DNA of 63,624 nucleotides, filler included, from Reticulomyxa filosa (Eukaryota; Protista; Foraminifera), in assembly GCA_000512085.1 (NCBI GenBank). It is 15 parts of 15 records of this genome, joined end to end, with 100 filler letters (N's around TTAATTAATTAA, not from the genome) between each part and the next. Parts side by side here need not be neighbours in the genome. Positions count along the whole stretch, not along the records: positions 50,431 to 55,338 come from ASPP01000856.1; positions 55,439 to 56,558 come from ASPP01029516.1; positions 56,659 to 61,551 come from ASPP01011793.1; positions 61,652 to 63,624 come from ASPP01024330.1; 11 more parts are not named here. One strand, given 5' to 3'. Shown here piece after piece: positions 51,853 through 63,624 of this stretch. Within the stretch, counting starts at the first letter, position 1; the number at the start of each line of letters is the position of its first letter. The notes beneath the pieces are model-generated. The model did not search any database. It saw only the letters and a program-made list of their open reading frames with translations, and was not told the origin of the DNA. The position numbers and the translations under genes were made by a program.

Positions 51853-52610
51853 CAAATCTTTTCATGTAGATTTTTTGTTTTGTTTTGCATGATAAAATTT
51901 GAATCATATCAAAAAGTGCTCCTTTGACCTTTTCTTCTTTTTGGTTAAGGTCAAAGTTGATAGCACGTATTAGCGTTATTTGTTTCTTTCATATCGTTGT
52001 TTTGTTTTTGTATTCGCTTTTTCCTTGAAGGTGTACGTAAATCCAAAAAAAAAAAAAAAAAAGTGAGTGATGGTTCAGAGGAAGCCACAAAACTTCAAGA
52101 AAAAGCAGAGCTTTTCAAGTGTTAGCTTTTTTTATTCTTCTTTTTATGTTAGTGTATGATTTTTTTTTCATGTTCCTCGCTTTTTAGGTGATCGAAATCT
52201 CTTTTTCTATGGCGTGAAATAATAACCTCGACAAAGGAGAAGGAACAAAATGTTTGTTTGAATCAATCGTTTTCCAGACTGTAACAATCAATTTTCTTTA
52301 AAAAAGAAAACGTATTTTACGTGTCTTGGTCCATTAGCATAAATTCTGGAGCGTGTCTGCTCAAGCAGCTACAAACATCGATTCCTCATTTATTGCTACT
52401 CTGTGGTGTACATATTTATCTTAGCCACTAAAGGTTATATTTGAAGAATATTATTCTGCAATCATGAGCCAAATAGCACTTGCTAACGTACTTTCTTAAT
52501 TACAACTTTTTTTTGGCGTTGCAGTTCACTTTGACCGACCTTGCCTTTTTTTTCCGAAAAAAAAAGTTCAAAGTTTGTCTTTAATTTGACTAAGATTGGT
52601 TGCTTTTGAG

Positions 52611-53754
52611 ATGGACGAAAATGTATTTTCAAAGCCACATTTGGTAAGTTTTTTTCCTTACAAGCTAGTTTAAAACTCTTTATTTACGGACAAAAAAAGC
52701 TAGAAAAAGAAGTAAATTTAATACTCGAAAATTGGATCCGAACATTGAATATAAAACTAGGATGGATCCCTGATTTTGATAAACTTGTTGTGAAATATGT
52801 TAAGTGATTAGATTGTTTGTTTAAAAAAAATTTATGAATGAGCGCAAATACTCATTAAAATTATAACATAAGGCCAAGTATTTTCAGTTGCTGAAACGTT
52901 TACAAGAAAATGAACATAAAATAAAGAGTGTAAAATTTTCACCAGATTGTAGAAAAATTATTTTGTCTAGTGGGAAAACTATTGAAATATGGGATATAAA
53001 AATGGAAAAACAAATTAAAATATTTAAAGGACATTCAAGTGTGATCTATACAGCTGAATTTTCACCTGATGAATGTACTATTATATCATGTTCAGAGGAT
53101 AAAACTATTAGATTATGGGATATAGAAACAAATAAAGAAATAATGAGATTTAAAGGACATTTACAACCTATATGGTGTGCACATTTTTTTCCAGATGGCA
53201 ATACAATTGTATCGGGTTCAATGGATTCAACAATATTACTATGGGATGTAAATTCTGGAAAACAAATTCAACAACTTATTGGTCACAAAGCAGCCATAAA
53301 AAACATAACATTTTCACCAGATGAAAAGATGCTTGTGTCATCATCTTATGATAATACAATTATTATATGGGATGTAAAAACATATAACATATTAAAACAT
53401 TTAAAAGGACATATGAGTTTTGTAATGCATGCTGAATTTTCACCAGATATGCAATTTGTTGTCTCCTGTTCAGCTGATAAAACTATTCGAATATGGAATG
53501 TTGAATCAGGGGAAGAATTCAAAAAATTTGAAGGACATTCTAATGTTATACAAAAAGTGAGATATTTTCCAGATGGCCAAACTATAATATCTTGTTCAAC
53601 TGATAGTACAATCAGATGGTGGGATGTTAAATCAGGATATGAAATACAGAAATTAGAAGGACATCTTGATCTTGTAAAAGGAATAGATGTTTCATATGAT
53701 GGCAATTTTGTTGTGTCGTGTTCTTATGATAAAACAGTCAGATTTTGGGGATGA
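52611..53754 (+). CDS. 7-bladed WD40 protein with the family-specific N-terminal motif (3 exons)
   Basis: ATG 52611; exon 2 EKEVNLILENWIRTLNIKLGWIPDFDKLVVKY; exon 3 has seven WD repeats ending VRFWG. Confidence 0.92.
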
Positions 53755-53854
53755 AATAAATTTTATTTTTTTTGCACTTTTGACAGCCTTATGTTTTTTT
53801 TTAGGTTAGTTTTCTACTTTCAATAAGTCTTTTTTGTTAATCACTAATGCATAA

Positions 53855-54809
53855 TTACAAAAAGTTGCAAAAGTATTGCTTTTTTCTTGGCAATAGATTT
53901 TTATTCTCAACAACTTGTAGACACTCATCAAAGACTTTGTCAACATTCTGGAATTTGATCGAACTACACTCAACATAGCAACCTGCACCTAGTTCCAAAG
54001 CGAGTTCTTCTGCTTCTTGTATACTCACACATTGAATCAAATTAGTCACTGCTGCATATTTTAGAACTTGTTCAATCAAAAGATTTATGAAAGTTTTATT
54101 GTTCATAATAATGCTTTTGACTTCACTTCGAAGCCAATATTTCAATATCAAACTTTGGGTAATATGTTGGTGTTCATCACTTTCAAATGGATAATTACTT
54201 TCTAACTCTCGAAAATCAGATTTTAATCCACAAATTACAAATGCCCCTTTTATTTTTTATCTATTATAAATATCCTAACATAGTATATTAACACAATAGT
54301 AATAATAAAATACCAGCAGCAAAATGCGCAGTTTCAGGAAACCATTTCGTTTTTATATTTGCAAATGATATGTGGTTATGAATATCAAAACACAGTAGAA
54401 ATACGTCTGTTTGTGGGTACGACAATGGATGTAGACGATCATAGTCTGTTTTCATTGTTGAAAGGGAATGAAATTTAATTGTGAAGCATTCAACAAGACA
54501 AAGCAAAACAAAAAGTTCTTTCTTAATTACCTTCTTTCCCCTATTGAGTTGAATAGGACAAATTCCAACCCGCCCAATTATTAAGACACTATTTTTTTGA
54601 TCAAATTTTCGAAAAATAAATGTTACTCTTACCGCAGCATCCCATAATCCAAGCTGGGTCGGTTTTCCTTGCCACATCAGATTGACTGAATAATTGTCAA
54701 ATACCGTGGGCATATAATCAAAAGGAAATCGTCTTTGTGTATAAGTCAGCAACAAACTTGTTTTACCCACACCTCCATCCCCGACAACTACTAATTTCAC
54801 ATTTTTCAT
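53855..54809 (-). CDS. Atypical Rho/Rac-family GTPase (4 exons including a 10-nt micro-exon)
   Basis: [26 protein letters not shown] (micro-exon 54531-54540), [28 protein letters not shown], polybasic stretch and CaaX CNFL. Confidence 0.92.
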
Positions 54810-55206
54810 TTTTTGTTTTTTTTTGCTCCCCTCAGTCCCACTGCCCTCAAAAAAATATCTACTAATATTTAAGTGTACTAAAATACATTAGTCTTTTTTT
54901 CTTGGACGTTTACGTTTTCTTTCACAATTTTCTCAATATGTTTTAAGATTGCTTACAAAACTAACGTTAAAATGATCGTTCCAGTTGCTATTACTAAATC
55001 TCAATTATAGTAGTTATATTTAGTATGATTGAAAATTGTGAACAAGATAAAATTCAAAAAGTGTTCTTTTAATATATAGCAATATGCGGATTTTCGAGCG
55101 GAAAAAATTCCGTTGCTATTATTTACGGAAATATCCCAACCCAATTAAATTAAGAAAACAAAGCAAGTCAATATCAACCCCTACCCAATCTACAACACCA
55201 AAGAAC

Positions 55207-55338
55207 TCAAACAAGATTTTCACATTTGGTTTTGTTGGACACAATAATATGACGCAATTCTTCAATGGTGTGATGTGCATTAATAGCCAGCTGAGTTTTG
55301 CTTTCAACCAAATGTTGGTTTTGTTTCAGCAATTCGTC
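55207..55338 (-). CDS. 3' end of a coiled-coil protein (not in the ORF track)
   Basis: Hand translation DELLKQNQHLVESKTQLAINAHHTIEELRHIIVSNKTKCENLV*. Confidence 0.55.
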   Translation of the reverse strand, partial: DELLKQNQHLVESKTQLAINAHHTIEELRHIIVSNKTKCENLV

Positions 55339-56793
55339 NNNNNNNNNNNNNNNNNNNNNNNNNNNNNNNNNNNNNNNNNNNNTTAATTAATTAANNNNNN
55401 NNNNNNNNNNNNNNNNNNNNNNNNNNNNNNNNNNNNNNCACTTTAGACATGAGCCGGATGATACCATGAATGAGTCATCTTTGACCAGTGACACCACTAC
55501 ACTGACTGCGATCAGCGAAACTGTCACTTTGGACTCACAAGATGATGACAAAACATACGCCTTTTCAAATGCTTCTGTTGCTACTGCTGCAACTCAGCAC
55601 AACGCAGAATGTCAATTTGTACTCACAACTTATTTTTCATACAAAAACAAATAATCCAAATACCACCTCCGCAAATGTGACCACGCAAAAAGATCCACGT
55701 GGAAAAACATAAATTTAATATTTGATTTGCTTTTGCTAAGTAAAAATATGTACATTTTAACATAAATAATCTATTTCTATCGTTCAACTTCTGCGTTCCA
55801 AAATTTATAAAAGAACGATGCTTTTTTTATTGTTTGGGCCAACGCCTATTTCAAATGTTTCTAATTAGTGCTAATTTTCCACAGTCCACTTTGACAAAGT
55901 CAGTTTATTTCCGATCACCATTTGTTTTGTAAAGACCAAGCAAACAAAAACTGTTGAATTCTATCTAAGCTTGTGAAAAAATGCAAGCATCAAATACAAA
56001 AAAAAAGATGAAAGCTACATTTCACCAAAAAAGGACGTTCATTTTTTTATTCAAAAAGTAGATCAAGACTGGAGTTTTTTACCTCCTATTACAATATCTG
56101 CTGTTTGAAGGCAATTCTTCTGTTTCATCATTGTCCTCAGCCTGAGTGTGACACTTTTATTTAGTTTTGCGTTGCAACGACAGCAACTTAACACATATCA
56201 AAAAAGACTTGAATCTCGTGAATATTTGTTCTGCAAGCAATTGAATAATAATTTTCCTACAAATGGAAAGAAATGCAATGACTTATTTCATGCGAAGATT
56301 ACTCTTCCTCTGCGAATATGCTTATGAAGAAATGATGGAGAAAAAACAACGTATTTCAACAAGCGTAAAAAATTGACACAAAATCCATGTTTTGTGAAAA
56401 CACAACAAAAAGAGGTAACAAAGTTACAATTTTGACTGTCGACAGAGCTTCTGTCTTTTGAGCATTCTTGTTCTCTCATTTCGCTGTACTTTATAAAATA
56501 TTCCTCATCGTTGATAAATGTGAATACTCCAAAACGCGAAAAAGCGTATTTTCAAATANNNNNNNNNNNNNNNNNNNNNNNNNNNNNNNNNNNNNNNNNN
56601 NNTTAATTAATTAANNNNNNNNNNNNNNNNNNNNNNNNNNNNNNNNNNNNNNNNNNNNGAAGAAGAGTCAATTGTGATAAGGATAAAACCAAATGTTTTT
56701 GGTTTTTTTTTTTTATAAAAATAAAAATAAAAAAAGGGTGAAGTAAAATATGTTTGCTTTTTTTTGGACACACACGAACAAAATAATACAAAA

Positions 56794-57964
56794 GGGATGT
56801 GAAACCACACAATATAATGATCGATCACATAAATCGCACACTCCGATTGATTGACTGGGGATTGGCAGAGTTTTACCACCCCGAAAAAGAATACAATGTT
56901 CGGGTGGCATCGCGATACTTCAAAGGGCCCGAATTGCTTGTCGATTTCCGTATGTACGATTACTCGCTTGACATGTGGTCGCTGGGTTGCATGTTCGCTT
57001 CGATCATTTTCAAGAAGGAGCCCTTCTTCAAAGGAAAGGATAACAACTATCAGCTCGTCAAAATTTGCCAGGTCTTGGGCACTGATGATTTTTATGCTTA
57101 TCTCAAGTCAGCTTTTTTTGTTTCACACTCAATTCTATATACATACCTGTCATATTTTATATCAATCATATTTATGTAGATATACATATATATATATATA
57201 TATATATCATGTTTGTAATGTATATTGGACATATACATACACATATGTATATTTATGTATGCATATATACATATATGTATATATATGTATATATAATATA
57301 TATATATATTTTTTTTTTTCAATGCTTCTTTTTGAGTCGTTTGTTCGTTTTTCAGAAACAAAGGAGAACAAGGGGTTTTGTTTATATTTATATACATGCA
57401 ATCATAACAATAATAATAATAATATGGAAATACAAATTATAGAAAATATGACATCAAATTGGATAAAAACTTGGCAAGATTGATTCAACCGTTGAGTCGA
57501 TTGTCTTTCTGTTGTTGATGTGTGTATGGCTTGATCACTAGCGGCCATTTCTCTTTGTGTGAGTTTGCTTGTTAAAGTATTTGCTAATGTATAACATGTA
57601 ATGCTTGTGTGTAATGACATTTCGCAAATTGGAAAACATCACGGTTAAATTTGCGGGGGGGTTGCAAAGATGTCAGAAAAAGGAATTTATCAAATTTGTG
57701 AATCAAGACAATAAGCAGTACATATCAACAGAAGCATTGGATTTGACGGATCGTTTGTTGAGATATGATCATCAAGATCGTTTGTCGCCACGAGAGGCCA
57801 TGAAACACCCTTACTTTGACCCTGTTCATGAATACAAACGAAAGAACCCCCAATTCGGCTCAAACACCTCTAAGGAAGGCGAACAAAATACCACAACCGA
57901 CAAGAACAATAGCAACACACAAACGGCGGGTCATTCAACCAAGGAAAATCAAAATGATCAATAA
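56794..57964 (+). CDS. CSNK2A1: Casein kinase II alpha catalytic subunit, 3' half
   Basis: [11 protein letters not shown]...[62 protein letters not shown]; DWG is diagnostic of CK2. Confidence 0.97.
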
Positions 57965-59521
57965 TTTGTCCACTTTTTTTTTTTGTCCAAACAGTTTTAT
58001 CTCTTTATCCAATCCGTTAAATAACATTTTTTTAAAAAAAAAGATAATTAAAAAAAAAAAGAATTAATACTTTTTTTTTTTTTTTGCCGATTATTCACAT
58101 TGATTATTGCAAAAGGGGAAGAGAGAGAGAGGAAAAAAAAAATTTGATATGTTTGTTTGGGGAAATTTTAAAAAAATTCTTTTTTTCTTATTTGTTGGTT
58201 GTGTGAATCAATGAGTGTGCCCTTCTTTGACCGCATTACTTGGTGCACAATTTTGCTGCCTCAAAATCTGCTGTTCTATTTTGTTATTTTTTTTTTTGTG
58301 ACTCCCCTTTTGTTTATTCTTTGAACGGCGCCTTCCTTCGTGGGGTTATTTTTTCGCATTTTCTGTGACTCAAGTCATTATCCTATCATTTGAAAACAAA
58401 AGAAAATTGGTCACATATCTTGCAATACAGTAATTAACAACACTATCCAATTGGGTTCACACTTTGCACTGTCTTAAAAATGTCTTGCTGGGTTGTTCTT
58501 ATTAAAAAATAAAACTAGTTCAAAAACTGTCAGAAAAAGGTAGAAAGATTTTTTTAGATGAGGTCGCACTATGCGAGATTCGGGTAACATAGAAGCATAA
58601 ACTGAATATGTCAGCAAAACAATTATAGCAGCATAGAAAAGTGAAAACTTAGTCATCAAAACTGATCTATTTTTTTGATTTTTTTGTTAATGCTAACTCT
58701 TGCTTCCAAACGTAATATTTTTTGCCTCTTTTTCTACTCGCACTATTTACAAAGCTAGAAACAGGTGATTCACAAGTGAAATTCAGCCGCATTTTTCTGA
58801 ACGTGTTCCAAATAAAATCTATATAAGTTAAATTGAACTTTTTTTATGTTCATCAATTCAACAAAACACGTTTCTGTTTGATACAACAGCAAATCCGTCA
58901 AAGGAATATTTTACATTCATTATTTTTACGTTGTACAAACTAATTATCGGTGAAAGTGTTCGTTTGTAGTGTTACACGTTGGTACACCATCATATTTGTG
59001 CAACTGCTTTTTTGCATTTAAAGTGTACTTATTGCAATTTATTTTTTTCTTTGATTGCTTCTCAAATGAGGGAATACACATCCAGAAACACTTAATTTAT
59101 ACATTTTTTTAGGTTCATGTATAATCTTATGCTAGCCCCTTTCGTATCGGAAACAACTGTGAAAGAATATTTTGGAATTTTCTAAAAAACGGGCTCAAAA
59201 ATACAGAATTTTTGTGCGTACATAAGGAGCATTTTACCCTATTCTGAGCAAAAATTTTCCAATAACAATAAAAAACTCAATAAACAAAAAAAATAAGGGA
59301 TATTGTATAATAATGCGTTTTAAGTCTTTACAATTAAAAAAGAATAATGATTGTATTTATTTGTATTATGATTTATTTAACGATCCTGTTCGCATTTGTG
59401 AAAAATAATTGTTTGATGAAATAGTTTCCCATACAGTTAATTTTAATAAAGATAATTAAAAATACAAATGACCCCAAAATAATAAATTTTGGAGCAAAAA
59501 CTTTTCAAAAAAAATACAATA

Positions 59522-59850
59522 TCATTTTCTGAAAAGGCTTCCAGCCTTACAACTTAAACATGTTTGACCTTCAAAACCTATGTAAGCCCAAACACTTTCA
59601 TTGCATGCTGGACATTTATATTCTACTTTCACTTTTTCCATTATTGTGCTAGCAATTGTTCCACCTACTCCTCCAGCTGGTGTTTCACTAATTTTTTTTG
59701 AAATCACTGTTTCACTAGTGTTTGCTACAGTATTTCCTTTGCAACGCCAGCAATTCTGGCCTTGAAATCCATCATACGCCCAAACCTTGGACTTGCAGGA
59801 CGGACAATTGTAATCAACTTTGTTTGCCACTAAGAGTTTTATTTCGTTTT
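59522..59850 (-). CDS. Small protein with two CxxC-x14-CxxC Zn-ribbon-like repeats (copy A; start uncertain)
   Basis: VDYNCPSCKSKVWAYDGFQGQNCWRCK and VEYKCPACNESVWAYIGFEGQTCLSCK. Confidence 0.7.
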
Positions 59851-60069
59851 CTTGTAAACGTAAAGCAAAACAATAGTTTATCAAAAAAAAAAGATCAACT
59901 GACTTTTTTTCGTTAGCTTTTGAGAATTAAGCAAAAAAAACTGCTCTAAAACTGGAAGCTCCTTCGAACCTTGAAGAAAACTTAAAAATCATTTAATGTC
60001 AAAATATCTCTTCAATAGATTTTATTATTTATTCACATACAAATTGAATTTATGTCAATTTGCAATGTA

Positions 60070-60310
60070 TCTGGTGAACAAATTCAAGTGTTCAATGGAC
60101 ATATACTGTTGAATATTTACATTTATAATAAAGAATAGTAGTAATTCAAATATGATATGCTGTGTATTATTAGATAATAAAATTTGATTTTGAGATATTC
60201 GATCAAATAAGAACCATTTGTATGTGATAAAAAGATAAAAAAAGACTGAAAAAAGAATTTTTTATCTACTTTGTTGATTGAAAAAATTCAAAAAGCTGCG
60301 TTCAATGTTT
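60070..60310 (+). pseudogene. Short WD40-family relic
   Basis: QIQVFNGH remnant and DNA similar to 25420-25710 (gatattcgatcaaataagaa, aaaagctgcgttcaat). Confidence 0.55.
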
Positions 60311-60983
60311 TTTTAAAGACTCAAAAGCATAATACATGAAAATTATAGCTAAATAATAAAATAAATTCGAATATTTGAAGTATTGTTGTTTTTTTTTTTG
60401 TTACAAAGACGATTGCAAACTATTTTTATTCGCTGAGGAAACAAAAAAGAAAGTTGTAGCATGTTAAAAAAAACACTATTCAATAGTTATGTGTAATTTC
60501 TGAGTTTAATTGTTTGTACATTGAAAGAAAATAAACTTGACAAAAAAAAAACAAAAAGGATTGTTTTGTTTCATAAATAAGAGAAAGTTGTTAATCTCTG
60601 TTTGTATGTTGCTTGTAACTTTGAGGTAAGCCAGTACTTTTTTTGTGGATATCAGTTAAATTGAACTTCTCTTTTAAATTTTTTCTTTGATTGATTTTCA
60701 AATGAGGGAATACACGTCCAGAAACACTTAATTTGTAAATTTTTTAAGTTCATGCATAGTCTTATGCTAGCCCCTTTCGTACCAGAAACAAAACTGTGAA
60801 AGAATAGTTTGGAGTTTTCTAAAAAACGGGCTCCAAAAATACAGAAATTTTGCACGTATATATGAGCAAAATTTTCCAATAACAATAAAAAAACTCAATC
60901 CAAAAAATTAAAGGAGATAATTAATTACTCCAAAATAATAAATTTTGGAGCAAACAGTTTAAAAAAAAAAAATAATAATAATA

Positions 60984-61175
60984 TTATTTTCTGAAAAGGC
61001 TTCCAGCCTTACAACTTAAACATGTTTGACCTTCACAACCTGCGTAAGCCCAAACATTTGCTTTGCATGTTGGACATACATATTCTACTCTCCTAGGAGT
61101 TATTCCAGTTATTGCTTCGCCAACCTTTGCTGTGGTATTTCCTTTACAACTCCAGCAATTTTGACCTTGAAATCT
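60984..61175 (-). CDS. Zn-ribbon repeat gene copy B (first repeat incomplete; possibly a pseudogene)
   Basis: FQGQNCWSCKG...VEYVCPTCKANVWAYAGCEGQTCLSCKAGSLFRK; C-terminus identical to copy A. Confidence 0.6.
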   Translation of the reverse strand, partial: RFQGQNCWSCKGNTTAKVGEAITGITPRRVEYVCPTCKANVWAYAGCEGQTCLSCKAGSLFRK

Positions 61176-61744
61176 TTTCTGTTTTGAGGAACCTAGAATA
61201 TTATTTAAAACTTGCAATATTGTTATTGTGCAAAAATATCACAAAATAAAAAAGAAAGTTGTAGCATGTTAAAAAAAAAACACTATTCAATAGTTATATG
61301 TAATTTCTGAGTTTAATTGTTTGCACATTGAAAAAAATAAACTTGACTTTTTTTAAAAAAATGATTGTTTTGTTTTATAAATAAGAGAAAGTTGTTAATC
61401 TCTGTTTGAATATTGCTTGTAAATTTAAGGTAAGTCAGTACTTTTTTTGTGGAATGAAAATAAACTTTGTGTTAACAACTGAAAGCACAAAGGACTAATT
61501 ACATTCCTAGAATGCAAAGTAAAGTTGACACATAAAATGGCACCTTATAGANNNNNNNNNNNNNNNNNNNNNNNNNNNNNNNNNNNNNNNNNNNNTTAAT
61601 TAATTAANNNNNNNNNNNNNNNNNNNNNNNNNNNNNNNNNNNNNNNNNNNNAAAAAAAAAAAAAAAAAAAACGAAATGCGATGTTGCGTCATCACAAACT
61701 CTCTTACACAAAAAAAAGTAAAAGGGGAAAAAAAAAACAAAACA

Positions 61745-62163
61745 AATTGATTGGTCATGTTATAGTCAGTCGTGACAAATGAATCAGAAAAGGCAGTCTT
61801 GACATTGATAATATCTTCTGAAGTATGCAATGTTGGATTTAATTGCGTTACATTGGCCGCAATATCGTCAGTGTAAATGATATTGGGGGGGGAGGGGATC
61901 ATTTCTGCGTCGCTTTCTTTGGCTGTTGTTTGAAAGAGGCCAGATTGTACATTGACACCATTGCTGGTAGAAGAGTAGCCTGTCCAATACACTGAATGGA
62001 AATTGCGGACATTTGGATCAAGTTCTTCCCTTCTCATGCCAATAGAATAATCGGTCATTGTTGCTGTGTCAAAAGTCCTCCCGTCGTGTCCGAATAAAGC
62101 GACGTCCGCTCGTCGAACGGTCTTTGTTTTCATCTTCAGTGCTATCAAATCCACTAAAATCAT
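61745..62163 (-). CDS. Hypothetical protein, 5' part
   Basis: Open, protein-like frame (RRADVALFGHDGRTFDT...) ending at an intron-like T-run near the contig edge; no family recognised. Confidence 0.4.
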
Positions 62164-63624
62164 TTTGATTCGTTTTTTTTGTTAATTGCCTTAATTTTTT
62201 TGAGCTGGATTACTTTATATGAAAAGAGAAAAATAACCATCTGAACGTTAAAAAGGATGTGTTGCTAGTGAGACGAAAAACTTTCTTAGTTTTAAAGTAA
62301 AACTGCTGTATTTTTTGAAAAAATACGCAAATTGTAATTGAAAACTTTAAATGAGTTGGTGGCACGTTGGTTACCGAAACGAAGTTCTTTTACTTGCGTT
62401 TGGAAAAAACTCGTTCATGACATGTCAGAAATTTGTTTGACTGACGGCAATAGCAAAACTAAACGAAATGGACTGTAAGATTTGTTTTGAAGAAGAGAAA
62501 CTGCCGACACATTGACAAGCTCTATCTCCTTAGAAGTTTGACGACCTGCTTTACCGAAACACAAGGTAATGATACAAACAATTGCATTTAAGCAATGTTT
62601 ATGCCACTTTTTTTAGAGCAATGGTGCATTATCACTAACTGTGTAAATGTTTGAAAAAATGGTAGTGTAGAGATGATAAATGTATTAGAGTAGCTGGATC
62701 AATCATGTATTTTATTTTATCCTTTAGGATTATTGTATCACAATTGACCATCTACTAAAAGGCAAACCATTTTCAATAGGTTATATACGAGTTAGAGGAT
62801 ACCATAAACGACTAAAATTTCAAAAACAAATTGGAGCATAAATGTGCAAATGCAAAGACTTAATATGAAACAGTTGATTGCACGTAGCTTTTAAGCCTTT
62901 CTTAATGTTTGCTATACTAAAAATTATAAAATAGAAAAACTATAACAATTGTATTGTCAATCTCATTTTGTTGTTATGATATTTTTTAATTGGTGGATTT
63001 GTTTTATGGCAAATAAAGGCCATCTACAATCATAAAACTTTTTCTTTTTTTTGAGAGGAAAACAAAAAGAGTTTGTTGCTAAAGCACAGAGTGCCACCCT
63101 TGTTGTTATATGAAAGTAGGAAAATATACCGTTTGTTTTTAAATAAAGTAATCTTTGTACAATTGTGAATTTGTTGGCAATTTACATTATTTTGTGGCTT
63201 TGCTGAAAAGCGACGCTTTTCTTGATTCCAAAATTGTGTATCTTGTGCTTCAACTATTATTTGGTTTATTTTGATGTGCGTCTTCTTACATACAAAATTC
63301 GTAATTAAGCTTTAATGTAACGCGAGTCTTATATTCCGTATAAGCAAAAGAGTTAAAAAGTAGATATAAAAGATATCCGAAAAAGTGAGAAGAGGCCTGG
63401 TGAAAAGTTGATATATGTTATGTTTCTGAAAGTATACAGAACAAAAAGAGTTTTCTTGCAGTCAACCTGCAGGACCGTGGCTTTCCCCCAAAGTTTGAAG
63501 CATCACATTTCAGCTGAAAGCAACTTTTTTTAAATTTTAGGTAAGAACAGAGATGACTTTACTTTATTTTCACTCATCCTTTTTCCAAGCTGCTTGATGT
63601 CATCAAAAAATTATTGCACATAGC

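Larger units (their letters stand above)
59050..61455. repeat. Local tandem segmental duplication
   Basis: 59050-59290 matches 60690-60915; 59475-59625 matches 60930-61090; 60445-60650 matches 61250-61455. Confidence 0.9.

Noticed and set aside
55439-56558. Genes on this short contig
   Set aside because: Only a short S/T-rich open stretch at the edge; nothing assignable.
1-63624. rRNA, tRNA, transposase or reverse transcriptase genes
   Set aside because: No recognisable signatures seen by eye; tRNAscan-SE, Infernal and a repeat search would be needed to exclude them.

Overview
This window is not one locus. It is 15 unrelated contigs joined by 14 identical 100-bp artificial linkers (N44-TTAATTAATTAA-N44), so adjacency across a linker means nothing. 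Nearly all contigs are AT-rich, intron-containing eukaryotic DNA in the standard code. The very characteristic WD40 family (N-terminal ILxxWxR...GW...DF...Y motif, C-terminus ending IWG) and the many pseudogenes suggest the foraminiferan Reticulomyxa filosa or a relative; this is inference, not a search result. Recognisable genes: membrane-anchored TKL kinase (partial), CDPK-like kinase, syntaxin-5, a longin-like protein, a SAM protein, a PH + ADP-ribosyltransferase protein, intact and decayed WD40 genes, an SLC12 cotransporter, a motif-degenerate kinesin, a USP34/24-like fragment, a VWA/LTD/FN3/Calx-beta-like type I receptor, a PT-repeat mucin-like protein, an atypical Rho GTPase, CK2-alpha and a duplicated Zn-ribbon repeat gene. 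One contig looks bacterial. Best leads: (1) a Rho GTPase with a natural Q61K-type change on a 10-nt micro-exon and a ~59-aa insert carrying the same helical motif that caps the expanded WD40 family, possibly a shared cullin-adaptor module; (2) a PH-ART fusion; (3) an integrin-beta/Sib-like receptor; (4) introns with T-rich 5' and A-rich 3' ends; (5) a C-terminal motif shared by two unlinked coiled-coil proteins.
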